Below the pieces are notes generated by a model. The model saw only the letters and a list, made by a program, of their open reading frames with translations, was not told the DNA's origin and did not search any database. DNA of 64,000 nucleotides from Opitutus sp. GAS368 (GTDB taxonomy: Bacteria; Verrucomicrobiota; Verrucomicrobiia; Opitutales; UBA953). The stretch lies in the NCBI GenBank assembly GCA_943330755.2, contig CALQIY020000001.1, forward strand, positions 7,955 to 71,954, given 5' to 3'. This document shows positions 1-9,041 of the stretch, piece by piece. Positions within the stretch are counted from its first letter, which is position 1, and the number at the start of each line of letters is the position of its first letter. The translations under genes were made by a program, and so were the position numbers.

Positions 1-350
1 GTCGCCGCGGCGTCGGCGCTGATGCCCGCCGGCACGTGGGTGTTATCCTGCGCGATGTCGATGAAGCGAAAGAGGTTTTGCTCCATGAAATAACGGTAGG
101 ACTGGGCATGGTCACCCGCGAGGCCTTCGTATTCGTCGAGATTGAAGGTCACGACGTTACGGAAACTGAGGCCTTCTTCACGATGCAGCCGGACCAACTC
201 CGCGTACAAGGGCAGGGGGGTCGAGCCCGTCGCCAGGCCGAGGACCGCGGTCTGCTTGGCTTGGGCCTTCGCGACGATGAGGTCGCGGATGGTGGCCGCA
301 ACCGCTTGGGCGGCCGTTGCCTTGTCCGCATGAACAATGACCTTAGCCAT
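1..350 (-). CDS. nagB: glucosamine-6-phosphate deaminase (N-terminal part; 3' end lies beyond the window start)
   Basis: Absent from the ORF track because the window edge truncates it. Manual translation of the minus strand from ATG 350-348 gives MAKVIVHADKATAAQAVAATIRDLIV..AVLGLATGSTPLPLYAELVRLHREEGLSFRNVVTFNLDEYEGLAGDHAQSYRYFMEQNLF.., the canonical NagB-family N-terminus (GLATGSTP, TFNLDEY). The ATG overlaps the valS stop (TAATG). Confidence 0.85.
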   Translation of the reverse strand, partial: MAKVIVHADKATAAQAVAATIRDLIVAKAQAKQTAVLGLATGSTPLPLYAELVRLHREEGLSFRNVVTFNLDEYEGLAGDHAQSYRYFMEQNLFRFIDIAQDNTHVPAGISADAAA

Positions 351-3073
351 TAGCCGAGGGAGGCGAGCATCCGCACGAGTTCATCGCGCTTGGCTTTGGC
401 TTCGTTGAGTTGCTTGCGGGCGCCATCGAGGATCTGCGGAGGAGCCTTCGAGACGAACGTTTCGTTGGAGAGCTTGGCTTCGCCGGCGGCGACGGCCTTC
501 TCGATCTTCTCGATTTCCTTGCCGAGGCGGATCTTTTCGGCGCCGACATCCATGGTGTCGCCGACCTCGAGCAGGACGACACCCACCGGAGTCACGGTGC
601 CCGGACGACCACCGGCATCGGCGGCGAAGTTCAATTCCGCCAGACCGGCCAGGCGGCTGACTTTGTCGCGATTATGCTCCAGCAAGGCCTTGGCCGTCGC
701 GTCTTTAGCGATGACGGTCACCAGGCTATCGCGCTTATTGGCTTGGTTGGCTTGAGACTTCATCGCACGCACGGCGGCGACAAACTCACGAAGCAGGCCG
801 ACGTCGGCAACCTTCGAGGTCATCATTTTCACCCCATGCTCACGCAGGACACGCAACAAGTCACCACCGGTGCCGGTGCCATGATTCTGGATGAAATCCT
901 TCTCGGCGCCGTACCCCAAGAGGTGCCAGAGCTCTTCCGTGATGAAGGGGGCGATGGGGTGCAGCATCAGCAGGAACTGACGCAGGACGAGGTCCTGGAC
1001 GGCCAAGCACGTGTCACGCAAGGCCGGATCGGCCAAACGCGACTTGGACGCCTCGACATACCAGTCGCAGAAATCGCCCCAGAAGAACGTGTACAGGCCT
1101 TGTGAATAGGCGGTGAACTCGTGTTCGTCGAGGCGCTGGCTGGTGGCGTCGGTGAGCTCGGCCAAGCCGTGGAGGATGGCAAAATCGTCGTCGTCAAGCT
1201 GCGAGGGCTTGAGGCGCGAGGCGATCGCGGCGAGGTTGCTGTTGTCGGACATCGGACCCGACATCTGGCGGAAGCGGGAGGCATTCCACAGCTTGTTGCA
1301 GAAGTTGCGGCCTTGGGAGACGCGGTCTTCGTCGAACAGGATGTCTTGGCCCTTCGGAGCGATGGTCAGCAAACCGAAGCGGAGGCCATCGGCGCCGAAC
1401 TTGGCGATGAGGTCGAGCGGCTCGGGTGAGTTCCCCAAGGACTTGGACATCTTGCGACCCTGCTTATCGCGGATGATGCCGTTGAAGTAGACGCGTTTGA
1501 ACGGAATGCGCTGGCGGATCTCGTCGTCGGTCAGGGTCTTCTTTTCGGGTCCGTGCAGTTCCAGACCGGCGATGATCATGCGCGCGACCCACAGGAAGAT
1601 GATGTCCGGCCCGGTAGCGAGGGCACCGGTCGGGTACCAGTGCTGGAGCTCGGGTGTCGTTTCACCAGGCTTGCGCCAGCCGATCGTCGCCAGGCACCAG
1701 AGCCACGAAGATGCCCACGTATCGAGCACATCGGGGTCTTGCTCCCAGTTCTGCGGGTCGGTTGGCGGGGTCAGCGAAACGTGGCGATTGGCGGCGTCGT
1801 TGCGATCGGCTCCCTTGCGGTACCAGACCGGAATGCGATGGCCCCACCAGAGCTGACGGCTCACGCACCAGTCTTGGATGTTCTCCAGCCAATGGAGGTA
1901 AGTCTTGGTCCAGCGTTCCGGGTGGAACTTGATGATGCCGGCCGTGACCGCGCGCTTGGCTTCTTCGATCTTCGGGTAATGGATGAACCACTGCTCGCTC
2001 AGGCGAGGCTCGATAGGTACGTCGGCCCGCTCCGAGAAGCCCACGGTGTTCTCATAGGGCTCGATCTTGACGAGGGCGCCGAGCTCTTCGAGCAACTTGG
2101 CGGCGGCGTCGCGCGCCTTGAAGCGCTCCAGGCCGGCCAAAGGCCCCGCATCGGCGTTCATCGTGCCATCCGGATTCATGACGTCGAGGACGGGCAGGCC
2201 ATGACGCTTGCCGATGTCGAAGTCCGTGCGGTCATGGGCCGGGGTCACCTTGAGCACGCCGGTGCCGAACTCGCGCTCGACGGCGGTATCTCCGACGATG
2301 AGGATCTGGGCGCGCGGGAAGGGGCGCCAAACGTGCTTGCCGATGAGGTGCTGGTAGCGCTCATCCTCGGGATGGACGGCCACGCCGGTGTCACCCGGGA
2401 TGGTCTCGGGACGGGTGGTCGAGATTTCCAGGTATGTCCCCGGGTGCTCCACGACTTCGTAGCGCATCTTGAACAGCGAGCCCTTGGAAGGCTTCATGAT
2501 CACTTCCTCGTCGGACAAACCGGTCTGCGAAACCGGGCACCAATTCACCATGCGTTTGCCGCGATAGACGTAGCCACGCTCATAGAGCGTGACGAACGCC
2601 TGGAGGACCGCCTGCGAGTAACCCGCGTCAAGCGTGTGGACCTTTCGATCCCAATCGCATGAAGCGCCGAGCTTGCGGAGCTGGTTCAGGATGATGCCGC
2701 CGTGTTTGTCGCGCCATTCGGACGCGACCTCGATGAACTTCTCGCGGCCGAGATCGTGCCGGGTCTTGCCGTGGTTTTGCCGGAGGTCTTTTTCGACGCG
2801 CGATTGTGTGGCGATCCCCGCATGGTCGGTGCCGGGGAGCCACAGCGCGGACTTACCCTCCTGGCGGGCGCGGCGCACCATGATGTCCTGCAACGTGTTG
2901 TTCAGCAGGTGCCCCATGTGGAGCACGCCGGTGACGTTGGGCGGCGGGATCATCACCGCGAACGATTCGCGGGTCGGATCGACCTTGCCGGCAAAGCAGC
3001 CTGCGGCGACCCAGCGGTCGTACCATTGTTGTTCGACCCCTTGGGGGTCATAAGACTTGGGAATTTCGGCCAT
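350..3073 (-). CDS. valS: valine--tRNA ligase
   Basis: 907 aa. Class I aaRS motifs HMGH (VLHMGHLLNN) and KMSKS (RKMSKSLGN), plus the ValRS-typical C-terminal coiled coil. Confidence 0.97.
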   Translation of the reverse strand: MAEIPKSYDPQGVEQQWYDRWVAAGCFAGKVDPTRESFAVMIPPPNVTGVLHMGHLLNNTLQDIMVRRARQEGKSALWLPGTDHAGIATQSRVEKDLRQNHGKTRHDLGREKFIEVASEWRDKHGGIILNQLRKLGASCDWDRKVHTLDAGYSQAVLQAFVTLYERGYVYRGKRMVNWCPVSQTGLSDEEVIMKPSKGSLFKMRYEVVEHPGTYLEISTTRPETIPGDTGVAVHPEDERYQHLIGKHVWRPFPRAQILIVGDTAVEREFGTGVLKVTPAHDRTDFDIGKRHGLPVLDVMNPDGTMNADAGPLAGLERFKARDAAAKLLEELGALVKIEPYENTVGFSERADVPIEPRLSEQWFIHYPKIEEAKRAVTAGIIKFHPERWTKTYLHWLENIQDWCVSRQLWWGHRIPVWYRKGADRNDAANRHVSLTPPTDPQNWEQDPDVLDTWASSWLWCLATIGWRKPGETTPELQHWYPTGALATGPDIIFLWVARMIIAGLELHGPEKKTLTDDEIRQRIPFKRVYFNGIIRDKQGRKMSKSLGNSPEPLDLIAKFGADGLRFGLLTIAPKGQDILFDEDRVSQGRNFCNKLWNASRFRQMSGPMSDNSNLAAIASRLKPSQLDDDDFAILHGLAELTDATSQRLDEHEFTAYSQGLYTFFWGDFCDWYVEASKSRLADPALRDTCLAVQDLVLRQFLLMLHPIAPFITEELWHLLGYGAEKDFIQNHGTGTGGDLLRVLREHGVKMMTSKVADVGLLREFVAAVRAMKSQANQANKRDSLVTVIAKDATAKALLEHNRDKVSRLAGLAELNFAADAGGRPGTVTPVGVVLLEVGDTMDVGAEKIRLGKEIEKIEKAVAAGEAKLSNETFVSKAPPQILDGARKQLNEAKAKRDELVRMLASLG

Positions 3074-3107
3074 CGGGAAGGGGGATGATTAGAGTGGAAC
3101 TTGGGGG

Positions 3108-3136
3108 TTGAAAAGAGCGGATTGGTCGCCCATCAA
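3108..3136 (+). promoter_or_regulatory. candidate sigma70-like promoter for the SRP RNA
   Basis: TTGAAA (3108-3113), a 17-bp spacer, then CATCAA (3131-3136). This would place the transcription start near 3143, the predicted 5' end of the SRP RNA hairpin. The -10 is weak. Confidence 0.25.
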
Positions 3137-3142
3137 AGATGC

Positions 3143-3240
3143 AAGCTAGGCCCCATGCAACGGGTGCCGACGAACCCCGCCAGGTCCGGAAGGAAGCAAC
3201 GGCAGTCTGGTTCCCCGTGTGCCGTGGTCAGCCTAGCCCT
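3143..3240 (+). ncRNA. ffs: signal recognition particle RNA, small (4.5S) type
   Basis: 3181-3205 reads CAGGTCCGGAAGGAAGCAACGGCAG, the conserved SRP domain IV (GGAA tetraloop, AGCA/CAGG loops; compare E. coli 4.5S CAGGUCCGGAAGGAAGCAGCC). The terminal helix is GCTAGGC (3145-3151) paired with GCCTAGC (3231-3237). It sits in a 291-bp gap with no credible ORF. Confidence 0.85.
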
Positions 3241-3315
3241 TTAACTTTAATGCCCCTAAACAGGGCACCAGGTTGGGCACGTTCCGGTTAATGACGGAAA
3301 CAAATTCTAAAACAA

Positions 3316-3340
3316 GAAAGGGTGCGAATTGCACCCTTTC
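3316..3340 (-). terminator. intrinsic terminator hairpin downstream of lpd (may also stop the convergent SRP RNA)
   Basis: Perfect 10-bp stem GAAAGGGTGC / GCACCCTTTC with loop GAATT. On the minus strand it is followed by TTGTTTTAGAATTTG and lies 25 nt after the lpd stop. Confidence 0.7.
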
Positions 3341-3364
3341 GTTCGTTAAGACTGGAGGCTGCGC

Positions 3365-4768
3365 TCAGAGCGAGTGGATGCTCGACTTCGAGACGGCCAT
3401 GGCGGCTTCCTTGAAGGATTCGCTGATGGTCGGGTGCGCGAAGCAGGTGCGGGCGATGTCTTCGGCGCTGGCGCCGTATTCCATGTGCGCGCAAGCCGCG
3501 GCGATCATCTCGGAACCACCGCGCGCAACGATCTGCACGCCGAGCACCTTGTCGGTCTTGGCGTCGGCGATGACCTTGACGAACCCCGTGGTCGCATCGG
3601 TTGCGATGGCGCGGCCGTTGCCGGCGAGCTGGAACTTGCCCACCTTGACCTCGATGTTCTTGGCCTTGGCTTCCGACTCCAGCATGCCGACGCCGGCGAT
3701 TTCGGGGTCGGTGTAGATGACGCCGGGGATGATGTTGTAATTCACGTGACCAGCCTTACCGGCGATGATTTCCGCCGCGGCGACGCCTTCTTCTTCGGCC
3801 TTGTGGGCGAGCATCGGGCCAGCCACCACGTCGCCGATGGCGTAGACGCCGGGGAGGTTGGTGCGGAAATGGTCATCGATGACGACGCGGCCACGCTCAT
3901 CGAGCTTGAGGCCCGCTTCGGCGGCACCGAGGCCTTGCGTGTTGGCCTTGCGGCCGACGGCGACGAGGATCTTGTCGGCCGGGAACTCCAAAGGCTTGCC
4001 ATCGCGCTCGGCCGTGAGGGCCATGCCGCCGGCGCTCTTCTTGACGCCGGTGACCTTCGCGCCGAGTTCGAACTTGATGCCTTGTTTCTCGAAGGCCTGC
4101 TGGGCGACCTTGGCGACGTCGGCGTCGTACGCCGGACCACCGATCGCAGGGAGCATTTCGACGACCGTGACCTGGGAGCCGAGGCGCGCCCAGACCGAGC
4201 CGAGTTCCAGGCCAATGGCGCCGGAACCGACGACGACCATCTTTTCGGGGACCCCCTTGAGGGCGATGCCGTGGTCGGAGGAGATGATGGTTTCACCGTC
4301 GAACTTCATGAACGGCAACTCGACGATCGAGGAACCCGTCGCGATGATGATGTTCTTGGTTTCGAGCGTGCGCTCACCGGCGGTGCTGCGGACGAGCACC
4401 TTGCCAGCCTGCTTGTCGAGACGACCCAGACCCTGCACGATTTCGATGCCACGCTTGGAGACGAGGAACTTCACGCCCTGGTTGAGCTGCGCGACGACCT
4501 TGTCCTTGTTGGTCATCATCGCGCCGACATCGAAGGTGACCTTTTCGCCACCGACGAGGCCATGCTTCTTGCCGTGGGAAACCTGATGGAAGACTTCGGT
4601 CGAGTGGAGGAGGGCCTTGGAAGGGATGCAGCCGACGTTCAGGCAAGTACCGCCGAGGACGGGGTCCTTTTCGACGAGGGCCACCTTGAGGCCGAGTTGG
4701 GCGGCTTTGATGGCGGCGACATAACCGCCGGGGCCGGAACCGATGACAACGAGATCGAGTTGAGACAT
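3365..4768 (-). CDS. lpd: dihydrolipoyl dehydrogenase (E3)
   Basis: FAD motif GSGPGGY and redox-active disulfide GGTCLNVGCIPSK. Start trimmed to ATG 4768 (MSQLDLVVIG); the track start at 4798 is a TTG that would overlap sucB. Confidence 0.95.
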   Translation of the reverse strand: MSQLDLVVIGSGPGGYVAAIKAAQLGLKVALVEKDPVLGGTCLNVGCIPSKALLHSTEVFHQVSHGKKHGLVGGEKVTFDVGAMMTNKDKVVAQLNQGVKFLVSKRGIEIVQGLGRLDKQAGKVLVRSTAGERTLETKNIIIATGSSIVELPFMKFDGETIISSDHGIALKGVPEKMVVVGSGAIGLELGSVWARLGSQVTVVEMLPAIGGPAYDADVAKVAQQAFEKQGIKFELGAKVTGVKKSAGGMALTAERDGKPLEFPADKILVAVGRKANTQGLGAAEAGLKLDERGRVVIDDHFRTNLPGVYAIGDVVAGPMLAHKAEEEGVAAAEIIAGKAGHVNYNIIPGVIYTDPEIAGVGMLESEAKAKNIEVKVGKFQLAGNGRAIATDATTGFVKVIADAKTDKVLGVQIVARGGSEMIAAACAHMEYGASAEDIARTCFAHPTISESFKEAAMAVSKSSIHSL

Positions 4769-4787
4769 TGAGGTGTAGGTAAAGGGA

Positions 4788-6071
4788 TTAGGCTCCAAAG
4801 AGCAGGGTGTGCGGTTCTTCGATGTACTGGCGTACCTTGACGAGGAACGTCACGGCTTCCTTGCCGTCGATGATGCGGTGATCGTACGACAGGGCGAGGT
4901 ACATGATCGGACGGATCACGACTTGGCCGTTCTCGGCGACGGGACGCTCGACGATGTTATGGAGGCCCATGATGGCCGCCTGCGGGTGATTCAGGATCGG
5001 CGTGGAGAGCATCGAGCCATAGATGCCGCCGTTGGAGATGGTAAAGACGCCGCCTTGGAGTTCAGGGAGCTGGATCTTGCCGTCGCGGGCGCGCTTGCCG
5101 AAGTCGGTGATGGCCTTCTCGATGCCGGCGAAGCTGAGCGCATCGCAATCGCGGACGACGGGCACCATCAGGCCTTTTTCGGTCCCGACGGCGACGCCGA
5201 TGTCGTAGAAGTTGTTCTCGACGATGTCCTCGCCATCGAGCTGCGCGTTGACCGCGCGGACGTCCTTGAGGGCTTGGACCGCGGCCTTCACGAAGAAGGA
5301 CATGAAGCCCAATTTGACGCCGTATTTCTTGAGGAATTCTTCGCCATGGCGCTTACGCAGTTCCATGACCGGCGCCATGTTGACCTCATTGAAGGTCGTG
5401 AGCATCGCGGTCTCCGACTTGGCCTGGACGAGGCGCTCGGCGATCTTGCGACGCAGCGGGGACATCCGCTTGCGCGTCGTGCGGCCTTCGCGCGAAGGAA
5501 TCGCCACGGGACCAGCCGGCGCAGCGGCGGGGGCCGAAGCAACGGAAGCGGGCGCCGAAGCCACCGCCATGATCGGGGTCTTGCCCTCGAGCGCGGCAAG
5601 CATGTCACCCTTGGTCACGCGTCCCGCCTTGCCCGTACCTGGGATCGATGCCGGATTCAGGCCGGTCTCCGCCGAAATACGGCGGACAGCGGGAGAGATT
5701 TCCGCGGCAGCCCCGGACTTCGCGAGCAAGGTCGCGGGCTTCGGCGCCGCGGCGGGGGCGACTTCGACCGGTGCGGGCGCAGCTTTGGGGGCGGCGCTCG
5801 CGGGCGCGGCGGCCGGGGCAGGTGCCGCACCTGCCGCGCCTGCTTCAATCGTCGCAATTACTTGCCCAACCAAGACTTCGGTGCCGGCAGGGACAGCGAT
5901 GGTGATACAGCCATCGACCTCGGCCGTACCTTCGGACGTGACCTTGTCGGTCTCGTAAGAGAAGAGGGGCTGCCCTTTACGGACAGCGTCGCCGCTCTTA
6001 ACGGTCCAAGATGCAAGGAGACCTCCGGTAATGGATTCTCCCATGGGGGGGATTTTGACTTCGACAGCCAT
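4788..6071 (-). CDS. sucB: 2-oxoglutarate dehydrogenase E2, dihydrolipoyllysine-residue succinyltransferase
   Basis: Lipoyl domain (YETDKVTSE), Ala/Pro-rich linkers, E3-binding domain and catalytic [10 protein letters not shown]. Start set to ATG 6071 ([14 protein letters not shown]). Confidence 0.9.
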   Translation of the reverse strand: MAVEVKIPPMGESITGGLLASWTVKSGDAVRKGQPLFSYETDKVTSEGTAEVDGCITIAVPAGTEVLVGQVIATIEAGAAGAAPAPAAAPASAAPKAAPAPVEVAPAAAPKPATLLAKSGAAAEISPAVRRISAETGLNPASIPGTGKAGRVTKGDMLAALEGKTPIMAVASAPASVASAPAAAPAGPVAIPSREGRTTRKRMSPLRRKIAERLVQAKSETAMLTTFNEVNMAPVMELRKRHGEEFLKKYGVKLGFMSFFVKAAVQALKDVRAVNAQLDGEDIVENNFYDIGVAVGTEKGLMVPVVRDCDALSFAGIEKAITDFGKRARDGKIQLPELQGGVFTISNGGIYGSMLSTPILNHPQAAIMGLHNIVERPVAENGQVVIRPIMYLALSYDHRIIDGKEAVTFLVKVRQYIEEPHTLLFGA

Positions 6072-6207
6072 GAAAAGTGAGTGGTGGACTTTGGAAGCCC
6101 CCCGTGGGTGTTTCAACGGGGAAATACGCCTTTAATCGCCTTCTTCCCCTCCATTGAGGGGCCGAAGACGGCTTAAAGAAGACTTAGGGGGAGTCTAATG
6201 ACCGAAA

Positions 6208-8937
6208 TCAGGCGTTAAAGGCCTGGCGGATGACATCGGCCTGCTCGACCTTATGGACCGAGAGAGCCCCGACAGCGGGAGAGGCGGCGCTATCGCGACC
6301 AGCATAGACCGGACGGAGACCGAGGGTGGATTCGACCAAGGGGGCGATGAAGGACCAGCCGGCCATGTTCTGCGGCTCGTCCTGGACCCAGACGATCTTC
6401 TTCGGGGAACCGTACTGCGCATGCAGTTTCCGCAAGGCCGCGGCGTCGAACGGGTAGAACTGCTCGATGCGGACAATCGTAGTGGTGGTATCCTTACGGG
6501 CGGTGCGTTCGGCATCGAGCTCGTAGAAGATCTTGCCGGAGCAAAGCACCAGGCGCTCGGTCGACGCCGCCGGCGTCGGGTCCGCGAGGACGGCCGCGAA
6601 GCCACCCTTCGTCAGGTCGTGGATGGTGCTGACGCAGGCCTTGTGGCGCAACAGGCTCTTCGGCGTCATGACGACGAGGGGCTTGCGGTGTTCGGCCTTC
6701 ACCTGACGGCGCAGAGCGTGGAAGAGCTGCGCAGGGGTCGAAGGCTGGACGACCTGAAGGTTGTTTTCGGCGCAGAGCTGGAGGAAGCGCTCGAGGCGAG
6801 CCGACGAGTGTTCCGGACCTTGTCCTTCGAAGCCGTGCGGGAGGAGCATGACGAGACCGCTCGTCTGACCCCATTTCGATTCCGACGAGGCGATGAACTG
6901 GTCGATCATGATCTGCGCGCCGTTGGCGAAATCGCCGAACTGGGCTTCCCAAATCACGAGCGAATCCGGAGCTTCCAGGGAATAGCCATAATCGAAGCCG
7001 AGGACCGCGTATTCCGACAGGGTCGAGTTGACGAGCTCGATGGATTCACCGCCGCTGACGGCATTGAGCGGGCAATATTCCGCGTCGTTCGACGGGTCGT
7101 GCAGGACCGCATGGCGGTGGGAGAAGGTCCCGCGTTCGCAATCCTGGCCGGAGATGCGGATCGGATAGCCTTCGGCGAGCAGGGAGGCGAAGGCCAGGCC
7201 TTCGCCCAAGCTCCAGTCGAAATTCGCGCCCGACTTGAAAGCCTCGGCCTTCGCATCCAGCAGGCGTTTGATCTTCGGGTTCGGCGCGAAGTCCGGCGGC
7301 ATCGTCCAAAGGGCCGGGGCCACCTTCTGGAGCAAGGCTTCCGGGGCCGTCGTATCGACGTTGGCGTCGTAAGGAGACTGGAACGGACAGACCGTGGCGG
7401 GCGTCTTTTCGCGTTCGGCGACTTCCACCGCGATGGCCGCCTTGGCGCGGTCTTGGGCGGCGTTGAGCAGCACCTCGAATTCGGTGCGGAGTCCGGCGAG
7501 TTCACCGTCCGGGGCCGAGCCCGAGGACGTCAGGCGCGAAGCGTAGAGTTCGGCGACGCTCGAGTGGTTGGAGATCGTGCGGTAAAGCACGGGCTGGGTG
7601 AACGCCGGCTCATCCGTTTCGTTGTGGCCGTAGCGGCGGTAGCAGACGATGTCGACGACCGCGTCCGCGGCAAACTGCTGGCGGTACTCGAGCGCGATTT
7701 CGGTGGCGAGGACGACCGCGTCCGGATCGTCGCCGTTGACGTGGAAAATGGGGGCTTCGACGAACTTGGCGATTTCCGTGCAATGGCGACCGCTGCGCGC
7801 CTCCTCCGGGCCGGTGGTGAAGCCCACTTGGTTGTTCGTGACGATATGGACCGTGCCACCGACGGCGTAACCTTTGACGTTCGAAAGATTGAAGGTCTCC
7901 ATCACGATGCCTTGGCCCGCGAAGGCCGAGTCGCCGTGAATGAGCACCGGCAGGGCGGTCGAGCGCTTGCCATCGCTTTGGAGATCGACGCGGGCGCGGG
8001 CGCGACCGAGGACGACCGGATTGACCGCTTCGAGGTGGCTTGGGTTAAACGCCAGCGTGATGGCGACCTTCTTGCCGTCGATGCTGCGCTCGCCTTCGTA
8101 ACCGAGGTGATACTTCACGTCGCCGTCGCCGTTCGTGGTGTCTGGGATATGGTTCTCGGAGAAACCTTCGAAGAGGTACTCGGCCTTCTTACCGCAGGTA
8201 TTGACGAGGACGTTCAGGCGACCGCGGTGCGCCATGCCGATGACGATATCGCTGATGCCCAAGCCCGGGGAGCGGCTGATCAGGCGCTCCAAGGCGACCA
8301 ACAAGGTCTCGCCGCCTTCGACGGAGAAGCGCTTGGCGCCGACGAAAGTCTTATGCAGGAAGCGCTCGAACTGCTCGGCTTGGACGATGGTGCGGAGGAA
8401 ACTGCGGCGCGCGGCGGCGTCATAGGCCGGACGGAGACCGCAGGATTCGATGCGCTCCTGCAACCAGCGGCGACGGGTGCCATCCTGGATGTGGGTGTAT
8501 TCCACGCCAATCGGGCCGCAGTAGGTCGCCTTCAACTTGGCGAGGATTTCCGACAGCGGCAGCATCTGGCCACCGAGGAAATCTCCGGTGTAATAGGGTT
8601 GGGTGGGGGAAAGGGCATCGAGGCCTAAAGCCTTGTCCGTCAGTTCGAAATACGGCGTCGGGTCGGCCAATGGGTTCGTCTTGGCCTGGAGATGCGCCAG
8701 CGTCCGGTAGGCGTGAATCGCGGCAAAAACCTTGGCCTGGGCGGCGGCATCGACGGCGGCGCCGGGGCCCGCGGCAACGCCTTTGGCGGGCTTAGGCGGG
8801 AGCGAGAGACCCAGTTCGAAGCCTTCAAAGAACGCGCGCCAATCCGCCTCGACGGATTGAGGGTCTTGTTTCCAGCGCTCGTGGTACTCGGCGACCAGAT
8901 CGGCGTTCCAGCGTGATCCAACACTCAGATGTTTCAT
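6208..8937 (-). CDS. sucA: 2-oxoglutarate dehydrogenase E1 component
   Basis: 909 aa with the E1o-typical sequence (FNPSHLEAVNPVV, ThDP-binding region), lying upstream of sucB-lpd. Confidence 0.95.
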   Translation of the reverse strand: MKHLSVGSRWNADLVAEYHERWKQDPQSVEADWRAFFEGFELGLSLPPKPAKGVAAGPGAAVDAAAQAKVFAAIHAYRTLAHLQAKTNPLADPTPYFELTDKALGLDALSPTQPYYTGDFLGGQMLPLSEILAKLKATYCGPIGVEYTHIQDGTRRRWLQERIESCGLRPAYDAAARRSFLRTIVQAEQFERFLHKTFVGAKRFSVEGGETLLVALERLISRSPGLGISDIVIGMAHRGRLNVLVNTCGKKAEYLFEGFSENHIPDTTNGDGDVKYHLGYEGERSIDGKKVAITLAFNPSHLEAVNPVVLGRARARVDLQSDGKRSTALPVLIHGDSAFAGQGIVMETFNLSNVKGYAVGGTVHIVTNNQVGFTTGPEEARSGRHCTEIAKFVEAPIFHVNGDDPDAVVLATEIALEYRQQFAADAVVDIVCYRRYGHNETDEPAFTQPVLYRTISNHSSVAELYASRLTSSGSAPDGELAGLRTEFEVLLNAAQDRAKAAIAVEVAEREKTPATVCPFQSPYDANVDTTAPEALLQKVAPALWTMPPDFAPNPKIKRLLDAKAEAFKSGANFDWSLGEGLAFASLLAEGYPIRISGQDCERGTFSHRHAVLHDPSNDAEYCPLNAVSGGESIELVNSTLSEYAVLGFDYGYSLEAPDSLVIWEAQFGDFANGAQIMIDQFIASSESKWGQTSGLVMLLPHGFEGQGPEHSSARLERFLQLCAENNLQVVQPSTPAQLFHALRRQVKAEHRKPLVVMTPKSLLRHKACVSTIHDLTKGGFAAVLADPTPAASTERLVLCSGKIFYELDAERTARKDTTTTIVRIEQFYPFDAAALRKLHAQYGSPKKIVWVQDEPQNMAGWSFIAPLVESTLGLRPVYAGRDSAASPAVGALSVHKVEQADVIRQAFNA

Positions 8938-9041
8938 TTAAGTTACAGATAAAGAGAGGGTTTCAGTAAAGCATTTGAGGAAATTGAAACAAGCCCAGAC
9001 CCCAGCTAAAATACAGGACTTTGGGCGTTGCATCGTCCTAA

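Noticed and set aside
36-353. 105-aa plus-strand ORF at the window start.
   Set aside because: The opposite strand encodes an unmistakable NagB N-terminus starting at 350, so the plus-strand ORF is an antisense artefact.
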